Shown here piece after piece: positions 1 through 13,894 of a stretch of DNA of 64,000 bases. The stretch is from Octopus vulgaris. Its lineage: Eukaryota. Under the pieces are notes generated by a model. It saw only the letters and a program-made list of their open reading frames with translations. It had not been told where the DNA came from and searched no databases. Where the stretch lies: contig OX597833.1 in assembly GCA_951406725.2 (NCBI GenBank), positions 66,340,001-66,404,000 on the forward strand. Direction: 5' to 3'. Each line of letters begins with the position of its first letter. Position 1 is the stretch's first letter. Both the position numbers and the translations under genes were made by a program.

Positions 1-421
1 ACTCTGGTGGAACAAAATCCCATCGTAACTGTTGATCAACTGACGGAAGCTTGGATTTGGTCATTCAACCATTCATCAACACCAGCGCTAGAAGGAAAAC
101 GACTATCTTTGGCTTCGTGGTCTTCCATCAGGATAATGCTCGGCCACATACAGCGACATTCCAAAGGCTGGAGCAGTAGAATGGGAAACGATGCTTCACC
201 CACCATATTCGCCACGCATTGCCCCATCTGATTATCATTTATTCCGCAGTCTTCAAAATCATTTGGACGAAAAAAGTTTTAATTCTGTAGACGAGATCAG
301 ATCAGTAGTGGAGGAGTAATTTTCCTCACAGACAAGGGAACTTTCGAAGAGGGGCTTTGAAAGTCTACCGGATAGACAGAAGAGCATTGTAGAAAATGAT
401 GGAGAGTATATTTTAGATTAA
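1..421 (+). mobile_element. mariner (Mos1-like) transposase relic, internally deleted and frameshifted
   Basis: Manual translation gives LVEQNPIVTVDQLTEA (HTH region), then VVFHQDNARPH, HPPYSPRIAPSDYHLFRSLQNHL and IVENDGEYILD*, matching mariner HDNARPH and YSPDLAPSD motifs; stops and frameshifts present. Confidence 0.9.
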
Positions 422-1221
422 AAAAGAACTTTGCTTATCTTAATTTAAAAAAATAAAAGTATAAAAAAAATGAACTATATATGGAACTATATATATATGG
501 GACACACAAACATATTAACTAACATATGAAGGAATTAATATTGCCATCGTTGTGATCGATGTTCTGTGGGGACTCAGACTTGGTTACCACTCTTAAGCAC
601 ACACTGCCCTCTCGGGCTGCAGCTCTACACTCCATCATTCGATTTTATTGTACCGTCTTTAATCTTTGTCGCCCTCCAACAGTTTTCCGTCTACTCAGCA
701 TCAATGAGGGAGATACAAAGATTCTGGGTTCTGATAACGTGACAAAAATATTGCACTTTCACCGTCTGATCCTCGTCAACAAATTTTCTTTCAGATTCTA
801 CGTCCATTAGGACTGAATTGTTCGTTCTATTGTGGCATATGTATATTTATTCTTTTTCTTCTGCTGTATAACCGAAAGGCTTAGTTCTGTAATGTATGTA
901 TAATTCTTTTTCTGTTGTATTTATATTTTTTGTTATATACGTACTATTATTTCAGCTTGACGTGATTGTCCTTGTATACATTCGCTAGCTTTTTCCCCCC
1001 GAAGCTCAATGCTCTGGCGCCTCCAGGATTGAGTGGTCTCAATGTTAAATGGCGCGAAATCGCTATAATATCTTGGATTATTGACTGACGAAGAAATCAG
1101 CTGCGAATATTCCGTGTATTGTGTTTTTGCCTAAATCTTCCATCTACTAAGTTTGCGTCTAGTTTTCCATTTGCTCTGCTTTCATTTAATTTTTCTTTGG
1201 TGTGTTCTATCTGTTCAACCC

Positions 1222-1255
<34 letters not shown>

Positions 1256-1346
1256 GTATATGCAATTTAAATACATACACATTTACATACATGTATCTAT
1301 ATGTATATTTAAACTCACAGAGACATATATATATATATATTCATAA

Positions 1347-1403
<57 letters not shown>

Positions 1404-1987
1404 CACATATATATATACATACTCGACGGTCTTTCTTTTAGTTTCCGTGTAAAAATTTCCAGTGACTAGACCAACCTTTGGCTACGATAGAAGACGCAGG
1501 TGCTGAAGCAGCTGTGCACGGGGAATGAACCTGATACTCGTGCTCTTAGTTGTTACAGAACGAACTTCTTAACCAGCAGCCTACAGCCAATGATGTATTC
1601 TTCTCTGCTGAGCAAAACCGTGAATGAGGATGCTTTGGCGTGGATGGAAACGAGGTGTTGGTGGTGATGGTCGTAGTCTGTTGTTATACCAATAAAATTT
1701 ATTATTTCCTCTGTAACATTTGATATTGCAATATATTTTGAATAAAATAAAATAAAATAAAATAAAATTAAATTAAAAATCCCAAAAGTAAACGAAAGAA
1801 GTAGTAATCATGTGACATTGCAAGAAATCGAATTCTTTGTGATTGGTAATTTTTTTTTCTTTTTGTTTGGAAGAAATAAAGACGTAAAAACAAAAATATA
1901 GCGCAAAATTCGAAATACAAAGAAAATTTGTTTGAATAAATATTTTTTTTTGTGTGAATATTAATTAGTAGATATTTGCCAACAGCA

Positions 1988-2021
1988 AGAAGACGAAGAA
2001 GACCAAGAAGAAAAAGAAGAC

Positions 2022-2053
<32 letters not shown>

Positions 2054-2319
2054 AGAAGAAAAAGAAGAAGAAGAAAAGGAAGACGAAGAAGAAGACGAAG
2101 AGAAAGAAGAAGAAGAAGTGGAAGACAAAGAGGAAGAAGAAGACGAAGAGGAAGAAGACGAAGAAGAAGAGGAAGAAGACGAAGAGGAAGAAGACGAAGA
2201 GGAAGAAGACGAAGAGGACGCAGAGGAAAAGGGAAGAAAACGAATAAGAAGAAGACGAAGAAGAAGAGGAAGAAGACGAAGAAGAAGAGGAAGAAGACGA
2301 AGAAGAAGAGGAAGAAGAC

Positions 2320-2351
<32 letters not shown>

Positions 2352-2466
2352 CGAAGAGGAAAGCGAAGAGGAAGACGAAGACGAAGACGAAGACGAAGAA
2401 GAAGAAGAACTAGAAGAAGAAGACGAAGTGGACGAAAAGGAAGAAGACGAAGAGGAAGACGAAGAA

Positions 2467-2501
<35 letters not shown>

Positions 2502-2700
2502 AAAAGTCAAAGAAGACGAAGAGGAAGAAGACGAAGAGGAAGAAGACGAAGAGGAAGAAGAAGAGGAAGAAGACGAAGAGGAAGAAGACGAAGAGGAAGA
2601 AGACGAAGAGGAAGACGAAGAGGAAGAAGAAGACGAAGAAGACGAAGAAGAAGAAGACGAAGAGGAAGAAGAAAATGATGTAGATGACGACGATGGAAAG
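1988..2700 (+). repeat. (GAA/GAC/GAG)n purine-rich trinucleotide array
   Basis: Visible repeat; accounts for the poly-E/R/S/F ORFs. Confidence 0.95.
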
Positions 2701-3104
2701 AGGTAAAAAAGGAAGGAGGAGAGGAAATAGATGAAGGAAAAAGCGATCATAATGGTGATGAAAAAAAGTGGAAAAGAAGAAGAGCGGGAAAATATGAAGA
2801 GATGAAGGAGAAGAGGAAGAACAGCCATAATGAGAAAACAGTGATGACAGCAATGACAAGAGCAACAATGACAACATAAAAAAAACAACAATGTTAATAA
2901 ATAAGTTTTAAAAAATAATGAGGATCACAGCAAAAACATTGATGACAGCAACAATAACAGGAACAATAAAAAAAGCATAGTCGACATTAACAACAACAAC
3001 AACAGCAGCAACAGCAGCAGAAACAGCAGCAGAAACAGCAGCAGTGGCAGCAGCAGTGGCAGCAGCAGTGGCAGCAACAGCAGCAGAAACAGCAGCAACA
3101 GCAA

Positions 3105-3520
3105 GTGGAGGCGCAATGGCAAAGTTGTTAGGGAAGCGGACTCGCGGTCTGAGGATCGCGGTTTCGATTCGCAGACCGGGCGTTGTGTGTGTTTATTGAG
3201 CGAAAACACCTAAAGGTCCACGAGGTTCCGGCAGGGTTGGTGGTGGTAGTGGCGACCCCTGTTGTACTCTCTCGCTCCAACTTTCTCTCACTCTTTCTTC
3301 CCGTTTCTTGGCCCCGTCTCCCTACGCAACCGCTGAGCCTGGATGCGCATTCATCCATCCGTCGATGCTCTCGGTGTCGGGGGTTGACTTGCTTCTTCTT
3401 CTGCGGGTCTTACGAATAGCAAAGGACCACGTTTCGGACTTCTCCCATTACAGACAATCCTGAGGCGCGATCTTGCGAGCTCTGGGACGAAGACTGCTTC
3501 GCGCAACAAACAAACAAACA
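3105..3520 (+). mobile_element. tRNA-derived SINE family C, tail variant 1, ending in (CAAA)n
   Basis: Head gtggaggcgcaatgg...gttaggg...ggtttcgattc has A/B-box-like motifs; near-identical to 14436-14848. Confidence 0.85.
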
Positions 3521-3539
3521 AGCAGCGGCAACAACAGTA

Positions 3540-3730
3540 GTGGAGGCGCAATGACCCAGTGGTTAGGGCAGCGGACTCGAGGTCGTAAGGACGCGGTTTC
3601 GATTCGCAGACCGGGCATTGTGAGTGTTTATTGAGCAAAAACACCTAAGCTCCATGAGGCTCCGGCAGGGTGGGTGTGGCGACCCCTTTTGTACTCTTTC
3701 GCTCCGACTTTCTCTCACTCTTTCTTCCTA
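3540..3730 (+). mobile_element. SINE family C head, followed by a different 3' sequence to ~3990
   Basis: Same head as 3105; diverges after ctttctctcactctttcttcc. Confidence 0.8.
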
Positions 3731-4020
3731 CTTCTGCCACAAAGCAGAGGAACCATGGTGTAACCCACTATGGTGTGGTAAACTTGCAGACCCTAGTCTA
3801 GATTGCGAATCCTCTGAACCCCAGGATGGTTCAGCTCGCCACCCGTTAAAAGCCACCGTTTACGGAATGAAGATAACAACGTAGCTTTGGCGCCCGTGCA
3901 ACCGTCAGTCTATCGCGTGTGGTGGGCGGATCTTCAAGTTGCCGCACGCATTTTTAGTAGCTTAGAGTAGGCTCGAATTAGAGATTATTCTTTGTGGCTA
4001 ATGGCGTGAGTCCTGACTGG

Positions 4021-4393
4021 AAGAAGGAAGAAGAAGAAGAAGAAGAAGAAGAAGAAGAAGAAGAAGAAGAAGAAGAAGAAGAAGAAGAAGAAGAAGAAGA
4101 AGAAGAAGAAAGAAGAAGAAGAAGAAGGAGAAGAAGAAGGAGGAGAAGAAGAAGAAGAAGGAGAAGAAGGAGAAGAAGGAGGAGAAGGAGAAGGAGAAGA
4201 AGAAGGAGAAGAAGGAGGAGAAGGAGAGAAGGAGAGAAGGAGGAGAATGATGATGAGGAGGAGGGGAGGGGGAGAAGGGGAGAAGAAGAAGAAAAAGAAG
4301 AATGAGGGGGAGGAGGAGGAGAAGGGAAGATTAAGAAGAGGAAAAAGAAGAATGAGAAGGAGGAGGAGAAGGGAAGAAGAAGAAGAAGAAGAA
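4021..4393 (+). repeat. (GAA)n/(GGA)n microsatellite
   Basis: Visible repeat. Confidence 0.95.
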
Positions 4394-4784
4394 ATTAAAA
4401 CAGTTTTAGTAAAAACTACAGAAGGAAATGAAACGAATGAGGCAGTAACAATATCCACGGTATCTGATTAGCATATTGCAGTTATCTAATTAGTTAATTA
4501 GTTAGTTTTAATTTTTAATCTTCCAATTATTATGATTATGTATTTTTCCGGTATGATTTTGCTTAAAAACAAAAAAAAACAAACAATTTTGTTCAAAATA
4601 TTTTCTCGCTTCGGTGAAAAAGAAGACAATAATAAAAAAAACTCTGTGTGTTTGAGAGGGAGAAAGAGAGATAAATAGAGAGAGAGAGAGGGGGGAGGGG
4701 AAGAAAGAGAGAGAGAAGGAAGGAAGAGGGAAATAGGTGAGGGAGAGATATATATGTAGTAAACGATAAAAGCAAATTCTTTAT

Positions 4785-4820
<36 letters not shown>

Positions 4821-4856
4821 TTATCTATCTATTTATCTCTCTCTCTCTCTCTATCT

Positions 4857-4906
<50 letters not shown>

Positions 4907-5155
4907 GAATCTATGTATGTATGCATGTATGTATGTATCTATCTATCTAGGATGTCCTCTCCCCCTTTTTTCCCTCCTTTTTCTTCTTTTTTTCATTTCT
5001 CTTTTCTTTTGTTCCTTTTCCTTTTTTCTTTTTCTCTCTTTTTTTTCTTCTTTTATTTTTGTTCTTTGTTTTCCCTTTTACGATCCCTTTTGATCGAAAA
5101 CCTACGCCACCTTTTTTTTCTTTTTTTTGTTTCTTTTGTTTTTTGTTTTTTACAT

Positions 5156-5226
5156 CTCCCAAAAGAAAAGCTCTACCTTGTAACTTGTCCCATCTGTGTG
5201 CAGCCCTGTGTGGCCAATAAAGAAAC

Positions 5227-5305
<79 letters not shown>
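5156..5305 (+). repeat. ~70-bp retroposon-like 3' end plus (ATCT)n tail
   Basis: cccaaaagaaaagctctaccttgtaa...gcagccctgtgtggccaataaagaaac recurs at 23491-23561, again followed by (ATCT)n. Confidence 0.7.
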
Positions 5306-6148
5306 GGATTGTAACCCACCTACACTCAGGCATACTGCTGCAAACGACAACTCTTTAATCGAATGGGCAATGGTGCTTAAAAGTAACTATACACAAATAT
5401 ATTACTAAATGTCTTTTCCAGGTGGTGCTATTAAGTTAGCTATGGCCTGGGCCAATGTGGTCGAAACCTATCTAAGTTATGGCGTGACTCTGTACAAAAC
5501 GTTTAGAAGAGTAAAATTCGTTATAAAAAAAAAGGTATCTTGATCTCACTCGAACTTCAAGTCTTACTTTTAACAGGACATTCAGTCAGTCTTTATTCAG
5601 TTCTGAGTAGCTGAAGAAGCTGTTAAAAGTCTCATTCAAGTCAATTTTATCAATATTATGAAAGAAGTGAGTTATAGATCGATTGAAGCATTGTGAAACA
5701 TGAAAACGGTAAAGAAATAACGCGAACAGCTTCTTACAATGTAAAGAGAAAATGGATAATCTGTTAATTCTTTATATTTCGAGCGAATCCCTCATCTTTA
5801 GAGAAGAAAATAGTTAATGAAGTATCAGACCCAAGAGCTGTCTTATGTACCGTATTATGTGACAGAGGCAGACTTTTAGAGAGGAAGGAAAGAGGTATGA
5901 TAAATAGATGACGCATAGGTGGCTGAATACTGCACAGACATATAAATCTGTAACATAATTCTTCTGACAGAATCAACAGACACAGTAACTACGACAAGGC
6001 TCTACCATTTGAATTAGAAGTAAAGTCCATCTGACTGACTTCCGTACAGTTTCCGTTGAGTCAAATTCACTCACGAGGCATGGATTACACTATACGTCGT
6101 GTAGTGGGACCGACCCTGGGAGTCTCATGATTGTAAAGCAAATCACTA

Positions 6149-6318
6149 TCTGTCTGTCTGTCTGTCTGTCTGTGTCTGTCTGTCTGTGTCTGTCTGTCTG
6201 TGTCTGTCTGTCTGTCTGTGTCTGTCTGTGTCTGTCTGTCTGTCTGTCTGTCTGCATCTGTGTGTCTGTGTCTGTCTGTCTGTGTCTGTCTGTCTGTCTG
6301 TCTGTGTCTGTCTGTCTG

Positions 6319-6353
<35 letters not shown>

Positions 6354-6680
6354 GTCTGTCTGTGTCTGTGTGTGTCTATGTCTGTCTGTGTCTATCTGTC
6401 TGTGTCTGTGTCTGTCTGTGTCTGTCTGTGTCTGTCTGTCTGACTGTGTCTGTCTGTCTGTCTGTCTGTCTGTGTCTGTCTGTCTGTCTGTCTGTCTCTG
6501 CCTGTCTGTCTGTCTGTGCCTGTCTGTCTCTCTCTGTCTGTCTCTGTCTGCCTGTCTGTCTGCGTCTGTCTGTCTGTGTCTGTCTGTCTCTCTCTGTCTG
6601 TCTCTGCCTGCCTGTCTGTCTGCGTCTGTCTGTCTGTGTATGTCTGTCTGTCTCTGCCTGTCTGCCTGTCTGCCTGTCTT
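6149..6680 (+). repeat. (TCTG)n/(TCTGTG)n compound microsatellite
   Basis: Visible repeat. Confidence 0.95.
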
Positions 6681-6900
6681 TCTCTATCAATACATGCAAG
6701 CATATATATATAAACATTTATCTATCTATGTGTGTGTGCGTGCGTGCTTATAAGGGTCAACTCATTGAAATAATCAAGGCATTCATTAATTCTTTAAAAC
6801 TGTTTAAATCTTTTTAGGAACCAGATAAGAATGTTTTGAAAGACAATGATTTTTAATTGGAAATTAAATCATCTTCAATAGAAATTAATTCTACGCGTTG

Positions 6901-6971
<71 letters not shown>

Positions 6972-7004
6972 ATGTGTGTGTGTGTGTGTGTGTATATATG
7001 TATG

Positions 7005-7053
<49 letters not shown>

Positions 7054-7145
7054 GTATGTATGTGTGTGTGTGTGTGCATATGTGTGTATATTTGCATACG
7101 TTTCTGTACATATGTGTGTATAATATATATGTCTAACTATCTATA

Positions 7146-7193
<48 letters not shown>

Positions 7194-7278
7194 TTGCGTG
7201 TTTGCATATGTTAATATATATACACACACAAACACACACACATATATATGCATATATGTATGTATATATGTATATATA

Positions 7279-7335
<57 letters not shown>

Positions 7336-8067
7336 TTACATACGTGCTTGTATTTGCGTGTTTGTATTTGTAAATATATATGTATGTATGTATATATGTA
7401 TATATATGTATGTGTATATATTTGTATGTGTGATCAATTATTTATTCATTCATTAACGCTCATTATTTATACATGCTATCCTCAGGTATGTCTGCAGTAA
7501 AAAATTTCAGCATCCTCTCTTCATCTCTAAAAGATATCGGACTGTCCAACTTCCGGCGGTGTGTAGATATTCATAAGATAACAAAGATATATAAGAACCA
7601 CCCACACCCCTAACTCAAAATAAACCAATTAGAGTGTAATAAAATGTAATTAACTAATTAACTAATTAATTAATTAACTAAATCGAAGGTGGTTATTAAC
7701 GTGTTTAACTTACCGTTCCCAAGTAATAGAATTTTCTTGCATGATGTCGATTCTGTCAACTTGCGTTGATAGTTTTCGCAATTCTCGTCCGTAGCTGGAG
7801 GGAAACGAGAGCCGGAAGTCTCTGTGTGGTTGCTGACTGTGCTGGAAAAAACAGTCAAATCTTCCTCAAATTATTGTTGTTGTTGTTGTTATTGTTCCTT
7901 GACGAAATTCAGCTACAAAGTGTTATTAGTCGGGCCGGAAGTATAGCAAAAAGACACCTGCTGCACGGTGGCGGCACTGAACCCAAAATAACGTGCGTAG
8001 AAAACGAAACAATCATCTTGCCCACGTGACGCTATGATCAAGTAAAGTTGGCAGGTGGAAATTGTAT

Positions 8068-8321
8068 GGAAGCCCGTCGTATATACAGATGTAAGCATGT
8101 GTGTATGTATGTATGTATTTATGTATGTACGTATGCATATGTGTATGTGTGTGTGTATGTATGTATGTATGTATGTATGTATGTATGTATGTATGTATGT
8201 ATGTGTGTATGTGTGTCTGTGTGTATGTATGCATGTAAGTTTGTGTGTGTGTGTGTATGTATGCCTGCTTGTCTGTAAGTATGTTCGTTCGTATGTATGT
8301 ATGTAAGTATGTATGTATGTA

Positions 8322-8352
<31 letters not shown>

Positions 8353-8580
8353 ATGTATGTGTGTGTGTATGTATCTATATATGTATGTATATGTTTATGT
8401 TTGTCCGCCTACCGTTTCACAATCGGTGTTGCTTCATGTCCCTCTAACTTAGCACTTCGGTAAAAATATATGTTAAAATAAGTACCTGACTTAAAAATAT
8501 ATGCTGGGATCGATTGTTCGATTAATTATTTCTAGGTTGTGCCCCAGCATGGTCGTAGTCCAATGACTGAAGCGAGTAAA
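8068..8580 (+). mobile_element. degenerate SINE family A 3' part with expanded internal (TATG)n
   Basis: gaagcccgtcg ... cccagcatggtcgtagtccaatgactgaa flank the microsatellite, as in intact family A copies. Confidence 0.7.
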
Positions 8581-8703
8581 AACGATATACATGCACACAT
8601 ACATACATACAAGCATGCATACATACATAAATATAATATATGTATTTTTATATATCTATATCTATATGTATAAATATAAATACACACACACATATATATA
8701 CAC

Positions 8704-8760
<57 letters not shown>

Positions 8761-8763
<3 letters not shown>

Positions 8764-9270
8764 ATATATATAAAACTGTAGTTGTGTGAGTGTCTGTCTC
8801 CTACGATTTAGATTCCTAACTCCTCCCACATTTTGCGGTGCAGTTTAACCAAAACCGGGTATCTTATAGTCGTGATTAATATCGAGTCCGTCTGTGTATT
8901 AGCGCGCGTCTACGATGAGTCTACGATTTTAAAAATAATTTAACATCATTTTTCATTCCATTTTAATGCATAATTTTTCGTGTGTCGATGGCGGCGGAGT
9001 TGGCGTCCATGGTCACAGCTGCACCTGTTTGCTTCTCCCCCTTCCATCCCTCGTGAAGCTGTGGGGAAGGGAGTGTAAAGAAATCAACGTCGTAATGCGT
9101 TGTCAAGGAGACCAGCGTTCTTTTAGAACAACGACTTCATGGCTTGAAGACACCAAAACAGAAATGGCTAAGAAAGCCCGAATTGGCATCTATAAAGGAA
9201 GTAACTCTCTAAAAATGCTTATATAGTTATTTCCCTTACAAACCCGAGCAACGCCGGGCGATACTGCTAG
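8761..9270 (+). mobile_element. non-autonomous Helitron
   Basis: 5' TC, 3' hairpin cccgagcaacgccggg then CTAG, inserted between A and T with no TSD; related copy at 53658-54156. Confidence 0.8.
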
Positions 9271-9345
9271 TATATATATATATATATATGCATACATACA
9301 TACATACATACATACATACGTACATACATACATACATCTATATTT

Positions 9346-9416
<71 letters not shown>

Positions 9417-9659
9417 GAGTGAGAGAGAGAGAGAGATTAGTGTTTATGTGAGTGTGTGTGTGCGTGTAGTTTATTTATGTTTTGTTTGTTTTTAATTCTT
9501 AGAATATTGTTTACAAAAATTTTATGTTTGAAGTAATATTCTTGAATCGAAAATTAGTATTCATTTCATCAATTTGTATACGCATCAAAACAATTAATCA
9601 GTTTTGTTATAATTATTGTACGTATGTTATATTACCTGGTGGTAAAATTATATATATGT

Positions 9660-10020
9660 AGATTAGATCGACCTCAGTACGCAACTGGTACTAAATTTAT
9701 TAACGCCGAAAGGATGAAAAGCAAAGTCGACCTCGGCGGAATTTGAACTCAGAACGTAAGGACGGACGAAATACCGCTAAGCATTTCGTCCGACGTGCTA
9801 ACGATTCTTTTCTACTCTAGACACAAGGCCTGAAATTTTTGGGGAGGAGGGGCCAGTCGATTTGATCCACCCCTGGACGGAACTGGTACTTAATTTATCA
9901 ACCCCCGAAAGGATGAAAGGCAAAGTCGACCTCGGTGGAATTTGAACTCAAAACGTGAAGACAGACGAAATGCCGCTACGCAATTCGCCCGGCGTGCTAA
10001 CGATTCTGCCAGCTCGCCTC
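9660..10020 (-). mobile_element. SINE family B, two tandem units
   Basis: gaaaggatgaaaggcaaagtcgacctcggcggaatttgaactcagaacg occurs twice; head ...gctaacgattctgccagctcgcc. Confidence 0.85.
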
Positions 10021-10269
10021 CTTATCAATGGTGCAGTGTGGTTTGCATTACTAGGAAGTTCGCATCATAACAGAGAGGTCCCGGGATCGATCCGAGCGCG
10101 TGGTACATTGAGATGTCCTTTTCTTTCATCGCGGGTCGACCTAAGCGTTGTGAACGAAGCAGGGCAGAAGGAAACTGTACAGAATCCCATGAAATAGGTT
10201 GTACACGTAATTCAAAAGGTACAACCTTGTCACACTGTATCAGGCCGGTCTTTAACCGAGAATTACGTG

Positions 10270-10900
10270 TGTGTGAAAGCGCGTGGTTTAGTGGTCAAGA
10301 GATTTCGCATATAATCGTGAAGTCGTGAGTTCGATTCCCGGCGACGCGTTGTGTTCTTGACACTTTGCTCGTTATGGGTACACTTGTCTGTGGAGTACTC
10401 AGCCACTTGCATGTTAATTTCACGAGCAGGCCGTTCCATTGATCAGATCCAGTGGTAGACTCGTCACAGTATAACCGACGAAGTGCCAATTAAAGTTATT
10501 GGACCCACGACTGTAAGGTCGCGAGTTCGACACCCGGTAAGGTGTTGTGACCTTGAGCAAGACTCTTTATTTCACTTTGCTCCAGTCCACTCAGCTGGCA
10601 AAAGTGAGTTGTATCCGTATTTCAAAGATGCCAGCCTCGTTAAATTCTATGTCACGCCGAATTTCCTTAAAAACTGATTTAAGGGTACGCGTGTCTGCGG
10701 AGTACTCAGCCACTTGCACGTTAATTTCACGAGCGAGCTGTTCCTCTGATCGGACCAACTGGAAGCCTCGTCATCATAACCCATGGTTTGCCAATTTACG
10801 TCCTGAGTTCAAAATCCCGCTGAGGTTTACTCCATCTTTTGTTCATCTGGGAGTCAATAAAAACAAAGTACCAGTCAAGTTTTGGGGCCGACTGAATCCA
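10270..10900 (+). mobile_element. cluster of degenerate tRNA-derived SINE pieces
   Basis: tRNA-like heads (gagttcgattcccgg), gaccttgagcaagac body, and the tail gtctgtggagtactcagccacttgcacgttaatttcacgagc twice. Confidence 0.65.
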
Positions 10901-11050
10901 TTATAAACCCCCCTCCACCCCCACCCCCATATTTATGGCCAGGTTCCAGAGTAAGAAATCAATATCAGACTTCTTTGGTAATGTAAGTTGGTTGGAATGG
11001 TAACTATTGATTTCTTCGTTTAAGACAGAAATGAAGATTTGTGGACAGAC

Positions 11051-11109
<59 letters not shown>

Positions 11110-11443
11110 GCTACTACTACTACAGACCGCTGGATATTTCATTTTTAGTAGTAGTATTAGTAGTAGTAGTAGTAGTAGTAGTCAGCTAAAAGTATGGTAG
11201 CCGATGGGATAGTTCTATGATTACAGTTCTTCTTATTCTTTTTCTTCTTCTCTTTCTTCTTCTTCTTCTTCTTCTTCTTCTTCTTCTTCTTCTTCTTCTT
11301 CTTCTCCTTCTCCTCCTCTTTCTCCTACTTCTTTTTTTTCTTCTTGTTCTTGTTCTTGTTCTTTTTCTTATTGTTGTTATTTTTCTTCTTCTTCTTCTTC
11401 TTCTTCTTCTTCTTCTTCTTTTTCGTTTCTCTTTTCCGTCTTC

Positions 11444-11479
<36 letters not shown>

Positions 11480-12199
11480 CCACCATCATCATCATTGTCA
11501 CCATTGTCATCATCCCCCTCCTCTTCTTCCTCCTCTTCCACATCGTATTCTTTCCATCATTTTCTTTTTCTTTAACACACTCTTTCTCTCTTGACTCTCT
11601 TTTCTCTCACTCTCTCACTACTTCTCTCTCCTCCTACTCCTACTCTCTCTCAAAGCAAAACTCTCTCTCCTACCATCTCTCTTAAACTTTCCTCTCTCCT
11701 CCCCCTCTTCCTATTTCACTTTCTAACTGACATCCCCCATTTCTCTCTCTTTCTCTAAATCATTCATTCTATCCCCTTTCTACCCTAAACTCTCTCTTCC
11801 TCTCGCCCCTTCCCCCCTCTCTAATACTTTCTGCCTTTCTCTCTTTAACTCTCTCTAAATCACTCCCCCTTCATTCACATCTTTCTCTCTATCTTTTACT
11901 CACTCTTTCCCTAACTCTCTCCTAATCTCTCTAACTTACTTTCTCTTCATTACTCTCTCTAACTCACCTCCTTCTCTCTGTCTCACCCTCACACTGCTCT
12001 CCCTCTCACTCCAAATCCATCTTTCTTTGAGTTAGTCCCTCTCTCCTCCCCTCTCTCTCCAACTTTCTCTCTCTAATTTATTCGCTCTCTCTTCCCCGTC
12101 TCTCTCATTCTCTTTCTCTTATCCTCTTCCCCTATCTCTGCTTCTCTCTCATTCTCTCATTCTCCTTCTCTCTCTCTCTCTAATTCTCTCCCTCTCGCT

Positions 12200-13010
12200 C
12201 TCTGATTCTTCCCCTCCATCTCTCTCATTCTCTCTTTTCTCTCTCTCTCTCTCTCGTTCTTCCTACTCTCTCTTTCTCCCTCTCTCATTCTCCCTCTCTC
12301 GATCTCTCATTCTTCACTCTATCTCTCTCATTCTCTCTTTCCTCTCTCTCTCTCGTTCTTCCTACTCTCTCTTTCTCCCTCTCTCATTCTCCCTCTCTCG
12401 ATCTCTCATTCTTCCCTCTATCTCTCTCATTCTCTCTTTCCTCTCTCTCTCTCTCTCTCTCGTTCTTCCTACTCTCTCATTCTCCCTCTCTCTCTCTCTC
12501 ATTCTTCCCTCTATCTCTCTCATTCTCTCTTTCCTCTCTCTCTCTCTCTCTCGTTCTTCCTACTCTCTCATTCTCCCTCTCTCTCTCTCTCATTCTTCCC
12601 TCTATCTCTCTCATTCTCTCTTTCCTCTCTCTCTCTCTCTCTCGTTCTTCCTACTCTCTCATTCTCCCTCTCTCTCTCTCTCATTCTTCCCTCTATCTCT
12701 CTCATTCTCTCTTTCCTCTCTCTCTCTCTCGTTCATCCTACTCTCTCTTTCTCCCTCTCTCGATCTCTCATTCTTCCCTCTATCTCTCTCATTCTCTCTT
12801 TCCTCTCTCTCTCTCGTTCTTCCTACTCTCTCTTTCTCCCTCTCTCATTCTCCCTCTCTCATTCTCCCTCTCTCGATCTCTCATTCTTCCCTCTATCTCT
12901 CTCATTCTCTCTTTCCTCTCTCTCTCTCTCTCGTTCTTCCTACTCTCTCTTTCTCCCTCTCTCGATCTCTCATTCTTCCCTCTATCTCTCTCATTCTCTC
13001 TCTCCTCCCC
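12200..13010 (+). repeat. CT-rich minisatellite with ~70-bp higher-order unit
   Basis: Unit ctcattcttccctctatctctctcattctctctttcc(tc)n gttcttcctactct repeated roughly 8-9 times. Confidence 0.9.
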
Positions 13011-13057
13011 CCATTAAGTGTCAGTAGGTGTTACAGCTACGTTTGTTTCATCTTCAT

Positions 13058-13127
<70 letters not shown>

Positions 13128-13363
13128 CACACACAACACACACAACACACGGAAATAACAAAAATTAGGAAGAAACTAAATAAAATGATGATGATGATGG
13201 TGGTGGTGATGATAGTGATGGTGACGACGATGATGATTATGGCGATGATAATGGTGATGATGATGATGATAACAAACGGCGTCTTTTAGTAGTGATTTCT
13301 TCAACGGCACAAGTCCAGGAACGGAATGTGTGTCTTTATTGTGTGTGTGTATGTATGTGTATT

Positions 13364-13400
<37 letters not shown>

Positions 13401-13894
13401 AAGGAGGCGAGCTGGTAGGGCTTTTGAGCACGCTGACCATAATGCTCGGGAGGTCGACATTGCTTGTCATTCTTTCGGGGTCGATAAAATGAATATCAGT
13501 TGAACAATAGGGTCGATGTAATCGACTTATCCAACCACTCGACATTGCTGGCCTTGTGCCAAAATTTGAAACCATCATCATCATCCTCATCATCCTCATC
13601 GTCATCATCATCATCATCGTCAACATCATCACCATCGTCATCATCATCGTCAACATCAACATCGCGGTCATCATCATCATCGTCGTCGTCATCACCATCT
13701 TCATTACCAACATCATATTTATCATTATCAATATCATCATGATCATGATCATCATCATTATTTATGGACCCTTCAATTGTTATTTTCCTCAGATTGACCC
13801 CTATAATCACTCGATGTTTTGAAATTATTTCTGTAATTAAATATTATTAAGAATTGTATAAAAAGTTGTTAAAATACTTTGTGTATTGTAGAAG

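Noticed and set aside
1084-1115. CTGACGA motif (also CTGAAGA at ~5611)
   Set aside because: No correctly placed GAAA, palindrome or stem I
1965-2891. Long poly-Ser/Arg/Glu ORFs
   Set aside because: Open on both strands only because the GAA-type repeat lacks stops; no splice or domain evidence
3105-3180. SINE heads as tRNA genes
   Set aside because: A/B boxes present but no complete cloverleaf; they continue into repeat bodies
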